DNA of 64,000 nt from assembly GCF_056746865.1 (NCBI RefSeq), contig NZ_CM163382.1. One strand, given 5' to 3'. A program made the translations under genes and the position numbers. Every line of letters begins with the position of its first letter. The stretch's first letter is position 1. Shown here one piece after another: positions 37,831-47,057 of this stretch. The notes beneath the pieces are model-generated. The model searched no databases, was not told the origin of the DNA, and saw only the letters and a list, made by a program, of their open reading frames with translations.

Positions 37831-38754
37831 TTACTTCTCACTTTCCAGTTCTTGTCGACATGGCAGCGCTGTCATTGCCCCTTTCGCTGTTACTGCAAGC
37901 GCTCCGCAACGTTGAGCGAGATCGATAATTCGTCGCATTTCTCTCTCATCTGTAGATAATCCCGAAGAGGACAGACCTGTGAGTAACCCGGCAACGAACG
38001 CATCTCCCGCCCCAGTGCTATCGACACAATTCACAGACATTCCAGCAAAATGGTGGACTTGTCCTCGATAACAGACCACCACCCCTTCTGCACCTTTAGT
38101 CACCAACAGCATGGCGATCTCATAATCTTTTGCCAGGGCGCATATATCCCGATCGTTCTGTGTTTTTCCACTGATAAGTCGCCATTCTTCTTCCGAGAGC
38201 TTGACGACATCCGCCAGTTGTAGCGCCTGCCGCAAACACAAGCGGAGCAAATGCTCGTCTTGCCATAGATCTTCACGAATATTGGGATCGAAGCTGACAA
38301 AACCTCCGGCATGCCGGATCGCCGTCATCGCAGTAAATGCGCTGGTACGCGAAGGCTCGGCAGACAACGCAATTGAACAGAGATGTAACCATTCGCCATG
38401 TCGCCAGCAGGGCAAGTCTGTCGTCTCTAAAAAAAGATCGGCACTGGGGCGGACCATAAACGTAAATGAACGTTCTCCTTGATCGTTCAGATCGACAAGC
38501 ACCGTGGATGTCCGGTGCCATTCATCTTGCTTCAGATACGTGATATCGACACCCTCAGTTAGCAGCGTTCTTTGCATTAACGCACCAAAAGGATCATCAC
38601 CGACCCGACCTATAAACCCACTTGTTCCGCCTAATCTGGCGATTCCCACCGCAACGTTAGCTGGCGCGCCGCCAGGACAAGGCAGTAGCCGCCCGTCTGA
38701 TTCTGGCAAGAGATCTACGACCGCATCCCCTAAAACCCATACTTTGGCTGACAT
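37831..38754 (-). CDS. cscK: Fructokinase CscK (ribokinase/pfkB family)
   Basis: 307-aa ORF MSAKVWVLGDAVVDLLPE with pfkB signature (DSTGAGDAFVAGLL). Confidence 0.9.
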   Translation of the reverse strand: MSAKVWVLGDAVVDLLPESDGRLLPCPGGAPANVAVGIARLGGTSGFIGRVGDDPFGALMQRTLLTEGVDITYLKQDEWHRTSTVLVDLNDQGERSFTFMVRPSADLFLETTDLPCWRHGEWLHLCSIALSAEPSRTSAFTAMTAIRHAGGFVSFDPNIREDLWQDEHLLRLCLRQALQLADVVKLSEEEWRLISGKTQNDRDICALAKDYEIAMLLVTKGAEGVVVCYRGQVHHFAGMSVNCVDSTGAGDAFVAGLLTGLSSSGLSTDEREMRRIIDLAQRCGALAVTAKGAMTALPCRQELESEK

Positions 38755-38858
38755 TTTTTTCCCTTAAATTCATCTGACTTACGCATAGTGATAAACCTCT
38801 TTTTCGCAAAATCGTCATGGATTTACTAAAACATGCATATTCGATCACAAAACATCAT

Positions 38859-38936
38859 AGTTAACGTTAACATTTGTGATATTCATCGCATTTATGAAAG
38901 TAAGTGACTTTATTTTTATAAAAGTTAACGTTAACA
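38859..38936. promoter_or_regulatory. Divergent cscK/cscA promoter region with two identical palindromic 14-mers (candidate CscR operators)
   Basis: AGTTAACGTTAACA occurs at 38859-38872 and 38923-38936; each is itself palindromic (GTTAAC x2); LacI-family repressors bind such dyads. Confidence 0.5.
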
Positions 38937-38960
38937 ATTCACCAAATTTGCTTAACCAGG

Positions 38961-40403
38961 ATGATTAAAATGACGCAATCTCGATTGCATGCGGCGCAAA
39001 ACGCACTAGCAAAACTTCACGAGCGCCGAGGTAACACTTTCTATCCCCATTTTCACCTCGCGCCTCCTGCCGGGTGGATGAACGATCCAAACGGCCTGAT
39101 CTGGTTTAACGATCGTTATCACGCGTTTTATCAACATCACCCGATGAGCGAACACTGGGGGCCAATGCACTGGGGACATGCCACCAGCGACGATATGATC
39201 CACTGGCAGCATGAGCCTATTGCGCTAGCGCCAGGAGACGAGAATGACAAAGACGGATGTTTTTCAGGTAGTGCTGTCGATGACAATGGTGTCCTCTCAC
39301 TTATCTACACCGGACACGTCTGGCTCGATAGTGAAGGTAATGACGATGCAATTCGCGAAGTACAATGTCTGGCTACCAGTCGGGATGGTATTCATTTCGA
39401 GAAACAGGGTGTGATCCTCACTCCACCAGAAGGAATCATGCACTTCCGCGATCCTAAAGTGTGGCGTGAAGCCGACACATGGTGGATGGTAGTCGGGGCG
39501 AAAGACCCAGGCAACACGGGGCAGATCCTGCTTTATCGCGGCAGTTCATTGCGTGAATGGACTTTCGATCGCGTACTGGCCCACGCTGATGCGGGTGAAA
39601 GCTATATGTGGGAATGTCCGGACTTTTTCAGCCTTGGCGATCAGCATTATCTGATGTTTTCCCCGCAGGGAATGAATGCCGAGGGATACAGTTATCGAAA
39701 TCGCTTTCAAAGTGGCGTAATACCCGGAATGTGGTCGCCAGGACGACTTTTTGCACAATCCGGGCATTTTACTGAACTTGATAACGGGCATGACTTTTAT
39801 GCACCACAAAGCTTTGTAGCGAAGGATGGTCGGCGTATTGTTATCGGCTGGATGGATATGTGGGAATCGCCAATGCCCTCAAAACGTGAAGGCTGGGCAG
39901 GCTGCATGACGCTGGCGCGCGAGCTATCAGAGAGCAATGGCAAACTCCTACAACGCCCGGTACACGAAGCTGAGTCGTTACGCCAGCAGCATCAATCTAT
40001 CTCTCCCCGCACAATCAGCAATAAATATGTTTTGCAGGAAAACGCGCAAGCAGTTGAGATTCAGTTGCAGTGGGAGCTGAAGAACAGTGATGCCGAACAT
40101 TACGGATTACAACTCGGCACAGGAATGCGGCTGTATATTGATAACCAATCTGAGCGACTTGTTTTGTGGCGATATTACCCACACGAGAATTTAGACGGCT
40201 ACCGTAGTATTCCCCTCCCGCAGGGTGACACGCTCGCCCTAAGGATATTTATCGATACATCATCCGTGGAAGTATTTATTAACGACGGGGAAACGGTGAT
40301 GAGTAGCCGAATCTATCCGCAGCCAGAAGAACGGGAACTGTCGCTCTATGCCTCCCACGGAGTGGCTGTGCTGCAACATGGAGCACTCTGGCAACTGGGT
40401 TAA
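38961..40403 (+). CDS. cscA: Sucrose-6-phosphate hydrolase / invertase CscA (GH32)
   Basis: 480-aa ORF with GH32 motifs (WMNDPNG, RDP, EC); alternative start at ATG 38970 (MTQSRLHAA) gives 477 aa. Confidence 0.9.
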   Translation: MIKMTQSRLHAAQNALAKLHERRGNTFYPHFHLAPPAGWMNDPNGLIWFNDRYHAFYQHHPMSEHWGPMHWGHATSDDMIHWQHEPIALAPGDENDKDGCFSGSAVDDNGVLSLIYTGHVWLDSEGNDDAIREVQCLATSRDGIHFEKQGVILTPPEGIMHFRDPKVWREADTWWMVVGAKDPGNTGQILLYRGSSLREWTFDRVLAHADAGESYMWECPDFFSLGDQHYLMFSPQGMNAEGYSYRNRFQSGVIPGMWSPGRLFAQSGHFTELDNGHDFYAPQSFVAKDGRRIVIGWMDMWESPMPSKREGWAGCMTLARELSESNGKLLQRPVHEAESLRQQHQSISPRTISNKYVLQENAQAVEIQLQWELKNSDAEHYGLQLGTGMRLYIDNQSERLVLWRYYPHENLDGYRSIPLPQGDTLALRIFIDTSSVEVFINDGETVMSSRIYPQPEERELSLYASHGVAVLQHGALWQLG

Positions 40404-40410
40404 CATAATA

Positions 40411-41406
40411 TCAGGTGGAACAACGGATCAACAGCGGGCAAGGGATCCGCGTCACTCTTCCCCCTTCACGACCTTCAATAATATGCAATGCAGCTTCCCG
40501 CCCGATAATGTCATGTGGAAGCTGAATTGTGGTCAGCGGCGGTAAAAACAGATGCCCGACGCCAACCAGATTATCAAAGCCCATTACGGCGACATCCTGC
40601 GGGATACGTACCCCCTTCGCCAGGAGAACCTGATAAGCGACAAAGGCTGCGCGATCGTTACCACATATCAGAACATCAAAATCTGGTTTGCCAGATTTGA
40701 AGTGGTCATTGAGTAAACTTGCGAGATCGGTGTAGTGATCATCACCTGTTGCCATGTGAAATTGTTTCACCTCAGCCAGATCTCGTCCAGCATCACGCCA
40801 GGCCTGCTCAAATCCCTGCCGACGATACCCTGTTGCCAACGCACTTTCCGGTAGCCAGAAGCATAACGGTTGACGATAGCCCGCCGCGAGCAAATGCTGT
40901 GTTGATTCATATTGTGCAGTGTAATCATCAGGGATATAACTGGGTAACGCTGGGTCATCCGCAACACAGTTCGCCAATACAATATTTTCACCATACAGAG
41001 ACTCAGGCAGCGTGATATGTCGCAGCCCCATTGTAGTATAGATAATGCCATCCGGACGGTGGGCAAGCAGCTGACGTGCCGCGCGGGCAGCGTCATCTTC
41101 AGAAAAAATATTGATTAAAAAACTATTCCAGCCGAACTCGCTGGCGGTTTGCTCAATGGCAAGCAGAATATCAACAGAGAAAGGAGTGGTAGCCGTGTCC
41201 TGCGCCAGCACGGCGAGAGTCGACGGCTTACGTCCTTGAGCGCGCATCTTACGGGCGGAAAGATCAGGAACATAATTCAGGGTCTGGATTGCCTGCAATA
41301 CGCGGTTACGCGTTGCAGGACGCACAGATTCTGCATTATGCATCACCCGGGAGACTGTCATCATCGACACTCCCGCCAGGCGTGCGACATCCTTTAATGA
41401 AGCCAT
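40411..41406 (-). CDS. cscR: LacI-family sucrose operon repressor CscR
   Basis: ORF 40411..41604 contains MASLKDVARLAGVSMMTVSRVMHN (LacI HTH); start trimmed to ATG 41406 (331 aa). Confidence 0.88.
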   Translation of the reverse strand: MASLKDVARLAGVSMMTVSRVMHNAESVRPATRNRVLQAIQTLNYVPDLSARKMRAQGRKPSTLAVLAQDTATTPFSVDILLAIEQTASEFGWNSFLINIFSEDDAARAARQLLAHRPDGIIYTTMGLRHITLPESLYGENIVLANCVADDPALPSYIPDDYTAQYESTQHLLAAGYRQPLCFWLPESALATGYRRQGFEQAWRDAGRDLAEVKQFHMATGDDHYTDLASLLNDHFKSGKPDFDVLICGNDRAAFVAYQVLLAKGVRIPQDVAVMGFDNLVGVGHLFLPPLTTIQLPHDIIGREAALHIIEGREGGRVTRIPCPLLIRCST

Positions 41407-41636
41407 ACCCAAGCCGTTTGCCGTAAAACGGGCACTGTAGCAGAAACAGACGTCACTGGCGAGATCCAACGATATTCTCGACGCCCTATCACCCGACACG
41501 GCAATACAATAAAAAATAACAATAATTCCCGGACAATTGTACCCAATTCCGCCTCTGTTCTCGCCAACGAGTAACCATGTAGGCAAGTAGGTAAAACATG
41601 CCAACTGGCATCGCCAATCTGGAGAAGAAAATATAA

Positions 41637-41867
41637 ATATGGATCATTGTGCTGGCGCTGTATCCCGACATCAGCCCGGAAATTTTTACGATTGATATCG
41701 GTTCAAGTGCAATTGGCTGCACGATCGTTACGGACTCGCTTTTCTGGCTGGTGAAGCAATATTGCGGCGCTACGCTCAATGAAACATTTAAATACTATAC
41801 GACAGCGACATTTATCGCTTCAGTCGTCGCTCTGGCGGGCACATTCCTGCTGTCATTTATCATCTAA
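41637..41867 (+). pseudogene. dsdX: 3-prime remnant of D-serine permease gene dsdX (GntP family), truncated by the csc insertion
   Basis: Frame open from 41637 with no upstream coding continuation; hydrophobic C-terminal sequence ...[49 protein letters not shown]... matches my recollection of the DsdX C-terminus; directly upstream of dsdA. Confidence 0.65.
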
Positions 41868-41884
41868 GCGCAAAGAGACGTACT

Positions 41885-43216
41885 ATGGAAAACGCTAAAA
41901 TGAATTCGCTCATCGCCCAGTATCCGTTGGTAAAGGATCTGGTTGCTCTTCAAGAAACCACCTGGTTTAATCCTGGCACGACCTCATTGGCTGAAGGTTT
42001 ACCTTATGTTGGCCTGACCGAACAGGATGTTCAGGACGCCCATGCGCGCTTATCCCGTTTTGCACCCTATCTGGCAAAAGCATTTCCTGAAACTGCTGCT
42101 ACTGGGGGGATTATTGAATCAGAACTGGTTGCCATTCCGGCTATGCAAAAACGGCTGGAAAAGGAATATCAACAACCGATCAGCGGGCAACTGCTACTGA
42201 AAAAAGATAGCCATTTGCCCATTTCCGGCTCCATAAAAGCACGCGGCGGGATTTATGAAGTCCTGGCACATGCAGAAAAACTGGCTCTGGAAGCGGGGTT
42301 GCTGACGCTTGAAGATGACTACAGCAAACTGCTTTCTCCGGAGTTTAAACAGTTCTTTAGCCAATACAGCATTGCTGTGGGCTCAACCGGAAATCTGGGG
42401 TTATCAATCGGCATTATGAGCGCCCGCATTGGCTTTAAGGTGACAGTACATATGTCTGCTGATGCCCGGGCATGGAAAAAAGCGAAACTGCGCAGCCATG
42501 GCGTTACGGTCGTGGAATATGAGCAAGATTATGGTGTTGCAGTCGAGGAAGGACGTAAAGCAGCGCAGTCTGACCCGAACTGTTTCTTTATTGATGACGA
42601 GAATTCCCGCACGTTGTTCCTTGGGTATTCCGTCGCAGGCCAGCGTCTTAAAGCGCAATTTGCCGAGCAAGGTCGTATCGTCGATGCTGATAACCCTCTG
42701 TTTGTCTATCTGCCGTGTGGTGTTGGCGGTGGTCCTGGTGGCGTCGCATTCGGACTTAAACTGGCGTTTGGCGATCATGTTCACTGCTTTTTTGCCGAAC
42801 CAACGCACTCCCCTTGTATGTTGTTAGGCGTCCATACTGGATTACACGATCAGATTTCTGTTCAGGATATTGGTATCGACAACCTTACCGCAGCGGATGG
42901 CCTTGCAGTTGGTCGCGCATCAGGCTTTGTCGGGCGGGCAATGGAGCGTCTACTGGATGGCTTCTATACCCTTAGCGATCAAACCATGTATGACATGCTT
43001 GGCTGGCTGGCGCAGGAAGAAGGCATTCGTCTTGAACCTTCGGCACTGGCGGGTATGGCCGGGCCTCAGCGCGTGTGCGCATCAGTAAGTTACCAACAGA
43101 TGCACGGTTTCAGCGCAGAACAACTGCGTAATGCCACTCATCTGGTGTGGGCGACGGGAGGTGGAATGGTGCCGGAAGAAGAGATGGAGCAATATCTGGC
43201 AAAAGGCCGTTCATAA
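41885..43216 (+). CDS. dsdA: D-serine dehydratase (ammonia-lyase)
   Basis: 443-aa [34 protein letters not shown] with PLP-lysine region (SGSIKARGG). Confidence 0.95.
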   Translation: MENAKMNSLIAQYPLVKDLVALQETTWFNPGTTSLAEGLPYVGLTEQDVQDAHARLSRFAPYLAKAFPETAATGGIIESELVAIPAMQKRLEKEYQQPISGQLLLKKDSHLPISGSIKARGGIYEVLAHAEKLALEAGLLTLEDDYSKLLSPEFKQFFSQYSIAVGSTGNLGLSIGIMSARIGFKVTVHMSADARAWKKAKLRSHGVTVVEYEQDYGVAVEEGRKAAQSDPNCFFIDDENSRTLFLGYSVAGQRLKAQFAEQGRIVDADNPLFVYLPCGVGGGPGGVAFGLKLAFGDHVHCFFAEPTHSPCMLLGVHTGLHDQISVQDIGIDNLTAADGLAVGRASGFVGRAMERLLDGFYTLSDQTMYDMLGWLAQEEGIRLEPSALAGMAGPQRVCASVSYQQMHGFSAEQLRNATHLVWATGGGMVPEEEMEQYLAKGRS

Positions 43217-43321
43217 CGTTTCAACGCAGCATCGCCATCCTTTCCCTGGGTGAGCGATGCTGCCGATGGCGCAGACTTAAGATTCTACCGTCTTACCTGC
43301 TATAGCTCTCTCTTTTTACCA

Positions 43322-44860
43322 TCACCCAACGCCTTTCGCTGTAAACGGCGGTTTCGCAAACCAAACCAATACCGTAAGTAAGATAAAAGCAATAGCCGCC
43401 ATACGGAAAATCTCATTTGCAGAAATTGAAAGTGACTGCTGAGTTATTTCATTATTAATTTCATTAAGAACCCCTGAAAGCGAACCATAGTATTTATCCA
43501 TAATTTGTGACGATGAATTAAACACGGGGTTAAATTGATCGATTGTTGCTGTCAACTGACTATGGTGTAATGATTCTCGGCGTCCCCACAGCGTCATTGT
43601 CAACGACGTACCAACTGATCCTGACAAGGTACGAAAAAAATTACTCATACTCGAGGCATTGGCAAATTTATTATCTGGCAAACCTGAAAACGAAATCGTT
43701 GTTAAGGGTAAAAAGAAACAGGCGACGGCGAATCCCTGAAAAAACTGTGGCAAAATGATGCCTGTAAAATCAATCGTTGGCATAAATGTCACAGAACGCC
43801 AGTAATAGCAAACCGCATACATTAAAAAACTAAATGTCACCAACAACCGCATATCAATTTTGTTGCCATAACGTCCTATCAAAGGTGATATTAATAGCGG
43901 CATGATGCCGATGGGCGCATAGGCAAGTCCGGCCCATATCGCATTATACCCCATCGTTTCCTGGAGTAACTGCGGCATAAGGACTATCGCCCCAGAGTAA
44001 AATAAATACGCGCATGTGATACTCACAATACCAATGGTGAAATTACGGGACTTAAACAAACTGAGATCAAGAATCGGGTTCTCTGAGGTCGACTCCCAAA
44101 TGACTAAAGAAATCAGAGAAATAACTGACACTACTGTTAGTATTATTATTGTACTCGAGTTGAACCAATCCAGGTCGCGCCCTTTATCAAGCATTATCTG
44201 CAAGCCACCAACACCGAGCACTAACAGGGTCAGTCCTGGTAGATTCATTTTGACCGGTGAAGTCTCAGTTTCTCTTCCTTTAAGTAAGGTTAAGCATAAT
44301 GTCAGAACGATAATCCCCATAGGGACATTGATTAAAAATATCCAACCCCAGCTAAAGTTATCGCAAATATAGCCGCCCAATATCGGCCCACATATCGGAG
44401 CGATAATTACGGTCATTGACCATAATGCCAAAGCAAATGTTCTTTTTTCTGGCGGATAATTCCTTAATAATAAACTCTGTGACAGTGGAATTAACGGCCC
44501 CGCCATTAACCCCTGAACGACTCTAAAAAATATCAGCACATCAAGATTGGTCGATAGGCTACACATTAAGGAAGACAGCGAAAAAAAAGTGACTGAAAGT
44601 AAAAATAATCTTAATTCGCCTATTCTTTGTGCCAGCCTGCCGGTAACAGGGATCGCAATGGCATTTGCTACGCCAAACGAAGTGATAACCCAGGTGCCTT
44701 CGTCTGTTGATGCTCCCAGAAAGCCAGATATTGTCGGTATTGCGACGTTAGAAATAGTGGAATCCAACATTTGCATAAACGTCGCTAATGACAATGCAAT
44801 AGTGACGCACCATAACGTCCCACCGGTTAATGGTGCCGGAGTTGATTTAGTGATTGCCAT
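43322..44860 (-). CDS. emrY: Multidrug efflux MFS transporter EmrY (EmrB paralog)
   Basis: 512-aa 14-TM ORF; overlaps emrK stop. Confidence 0.9.
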   Translation of the reverse strand: MAITKSTPAPLTGGTLWCVTIALSLATFMQMLDSTISNVAIPTISGFLGASTDEGTWVITSFGVANAIAIPVTGRLAQRIGELRLFLLSVTFFSLSSLMCSLSTNLDVLIFFRVVQGLMAGPLIPLSQSLLLRNYPPEKRTFALALWSMTVIIAPICGPILGGYICDNFSWGWIFLINVPMGIIVLTLCLTLLKGRETETSPVKMNLPGLTLLVLGVGGLQIMLDKGRDLDWFNSSTIIILTVVSVISLISLVIWESTSENPILDLSLFKSRNFTIGIVSITCAYLFYSGAIVLMPQLLQETMGYNAIWAGLAYAPIGIMPLLISPLIGRYGNKIDMRLLVTFSFLMYAVCYYWRSVTFMPTIDFTGIILPQFFQGFAVACFFLPLTTISFSGLPDNKFANASSMSNFFRTLSGSVGTSLTMTLWGRRESLHHSQLTATIDQFNPVFNSSSQIMDKYYGSLSGVLNEINNEITQQSLSISANEIFRMAAIAFILLTVLVWFAKPPFTAKGVG

Positions 44861-46023
44861 TAAAGTTGTCCATTATGCGAAATAATGTTGCTAATTTCTT
44901 TTTCTATCGGACTGGTATCGATAACTAAAGCCTTACTGGTATAAGCAGGCATGGACGTCACGGTTGAAGCCAGATCGGGCATCTCGGCAATGTCTTCGTT
45001 CCTGGTATCAATAGTTGCAGTCATCGATAAACCAATGCGCAAGGGATGTTCCATGAGTTCTTTTGGATCAAGAGAAACTTCAACCGGGACACGCTGAACG
45101 ATTTTGATCCAGTTCCCTGTCGCATTTTGTGCAGGTAATAAGGAGAACGCATTGCCGGTTCCCATATTGATCCCTGTCACCCGACCATGAAACACAACAT
45201 TTTCACCATAGAGATCGCTGATAATATTGACCGATTGACCAATCCGTACATCCGTGAGTTGTGTTTCTTTAAAGTTGGCATTAACCCACATTTGACGTGC
45301 CGGTACAACAGCCATTAACGATTGTCCGGGACTCACTGTTTCGCCAACCTGAACGCTTCTCTGGGCAATATAGCCGGTAACAGGACTCTTAATATCCGTA
45401 CGTTTAAGCACTAACCAGGCTTCTTTGGTTGCATCCGCCGCTTCAACGACTTGTGGCTGACGGTTTAATGGTGTGTTCATTACTAAAGCTTTATTCGCTT
45501 TATAAGCCTGAATAGCAGCATTCAATGCCGCTTTGCTACTTATTAACGTATCTTTGGTATGCTCCAGCGTTTCTTTTGAAATAACCCCCTGCTTCGCTAA
45601 AGGTACACGACGGTTATAATCTTCTAAAGATTGTTGATACTGAATACGTGCTGAAGCGACTTCGGCACTGTATTGTTTATCCTGTAAGTACAGTTTATTC
45701 GTTTGCCGAACAATATTGGCCAGATTATTTTTAGCTTTATTGAGTGCGATAGTGGCATCAGTCTTATCCAGTGAGACTAAAATGTCACCCTGTCGAACGT
45801 AGTTCGTATCTTTATGATTAACGACAGTGACGCTGCCTGAAACTTGTGCAGAAATTGGATCTGCATTCCCCGTGACATAGGCGTCATCTGTACTAATCAT
45901 GTCTTCTAATTCCATTGACCAATAGGCATAGGCACCTGAAAACGCAATAAATAAAACTACCGCCAATAAAGAAAAGTATTTTCTTCTGTTAGAATGTTTT
46001 TTATTTGAATTAATCTGTTCCAC
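44860..46023 (-). CDS. emrK: Multidrug efflux membrane-fusion protein EmrK (EmrA paralog)
   Basis: 387-aa ORF MEQINSNKKHSNRRKYFSLLAVVLFIAFSG, HlyD-family. Confidence 0.9.
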   Translation of the reverse strand: MEQINSNKKHSNRRKYFSLLAVVLFIAFSGAYAYWSMELEDMISTDDAYVTGNADPISAQVSGSVTVVNHKDTNYVRQGDILVSLDKTDATIALNKAKNNLANIVRQTNKLYLQDKQYSAEVASARIQYQQSLEDYNRRVPLAKQGVISKETLEHTKDTLISSKAALNAAIQAYKANKALVMNTPLNRQPQVVEAADATKEAWLVLKRTDIKSPVTGYIAQRSVQVGETVSPGQSLMAVVPARQMWVNANFKETQLTDVRIGQSVNIISDLYGENVVFHGRVTGINMGTGNAFSLLPAQNATGNWIKIVQRVPVEVSLDPKELMEHPLRIGLSMTATIDTRNEDIAEMPDLASTVTSMPAYTSKALVIDTSPIEKEISNIISHNGQL

Positions 46024-46196
46024 TATTATCTCTCATTTCGCATAGATGAAATTTATGAATTGAATGAAAAGAGTATTCATTCTTCATATCAAACACAGTG
46101 CATGTGTTGCACATTATCCCAGGAACGTTGGAGGCCTAATTTAAATGAGGTGCAAAAGAAACAACAGAGGACTAAACCGTGGCTTTTGCAATACGA

Positions 46197-46213
46197 TTCT
46201 TACGCCTGTAGGA
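46197..46213. promoter_or_regulatory. EvgA-box-like inverted repeat in emrK-evgA divergent promoter
   Basis: TTCTTACGCCTGTAGGA: half-sites TTCTTAC / GTAGGAA-like, same architecture as the boxes at 56186 and 57216. Confidence 0.55.
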
Positions 46214-46438
46214 TTAGTGAGAAGACTTATAGTGCTAATGTGAAACTATAAATCATCGGTACAATCCCTGATTTTATTGTTGACATTTCATTTATGCCGA
46301 CTATTTATATGGTATACTTGTCGAATTATCTTAAAGGAAGCTCAAATTTTCTTATTTTTATTGAGAAAATGAGATGATGCCTTATGTCTGTATTACTACA
46401 GGGAGAAGGGAGATGCTTCATTGCAAAGGGAATAATCT

Positions 46439-47053
46439 ATGAACGCAATAATTATTGATGACCATCCTCTTGCTATCGCAGCAATTCGTAATTTATTGAT
46501 CAAAAACGATATTGAAATCTTAGCAGAGTTGACTGAAGGCGGAAGCGCCGTTCAGCGGGTGGAAACACTTAAGCCTGATATCGTCATCATTGATGTCGAT
46601 ATCCCCGGAGTTAACGGTATCCAGGTGTTAGAAACGCTAAGGAAGCGTCAATATAGCGGAATTATTATTATCGTCTCCGCTAAAAATGACCATTTTTACG
46701 GGAAACATTGTGCTGATGCTGGCGCTAATGGATTCGTGAGTAAAAAAGAAGGCATGAACAATATCATTGCGGCTATTGAAGCTGCAAAAAATGGCTACTG
46801 CTATTTCCCCTTCTCTCTCAACCGGTTTGTTGGAAGTTTAACGTCCGACCAGCAAAAACTCGACTCCTTATCGAAACAAGAAATTAGTGTCATGCGATAT
46901 ATTCTTGATGGCAAGGATAATAATGACATTGCTGAAAAAATGTTCATCAGCAACAAAACTGTCAGCACTTATAAAAGTCGCCTGATGGAAAAATTAGAAT
47001 GTAAATCACTGATGGATCTTTACACATTCGCACAACGTAACAAAATCGGCTAA
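46439..47053 (+). CDS. evgA: Response regulator EvgA (NarL/FixJ family)
   Basis: 204-aa ORF MNAIIIDDHPLAIAAIRNLL with receiver domain and C-terminal LuxR-type HTH. Confidence 0.95.
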   Translation: MNAIIIDDHPLAIAAIRNLLIKNDIEILAELTEGGSAVQRVETLKPDIVIIDVDIPGVNGIQVLETLRKRQYSGIIIIVSAKNDHFYGKHCADAGANGFVSKKEGMNNIIAAIEAAKNGYCYFPFSLNRFVGSLTSDQQKLDSLSKQEISVMRYILDGKDNNDIAEKMFISNKTVSTYKSRLMEKLECKSLMDLYTFAQRNKIG

Positions 47054-47057
47054 CCAC

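Noticed and set aside
43228-43261. Inverted repeat CAGCATCGC...GCGATGCTG after dsdA as a terminator
   Set aside because: Loop is ~16 nt and there is no following T-run; could be a weak or rho-dependent site but not supportable as an intrinsic terminator.
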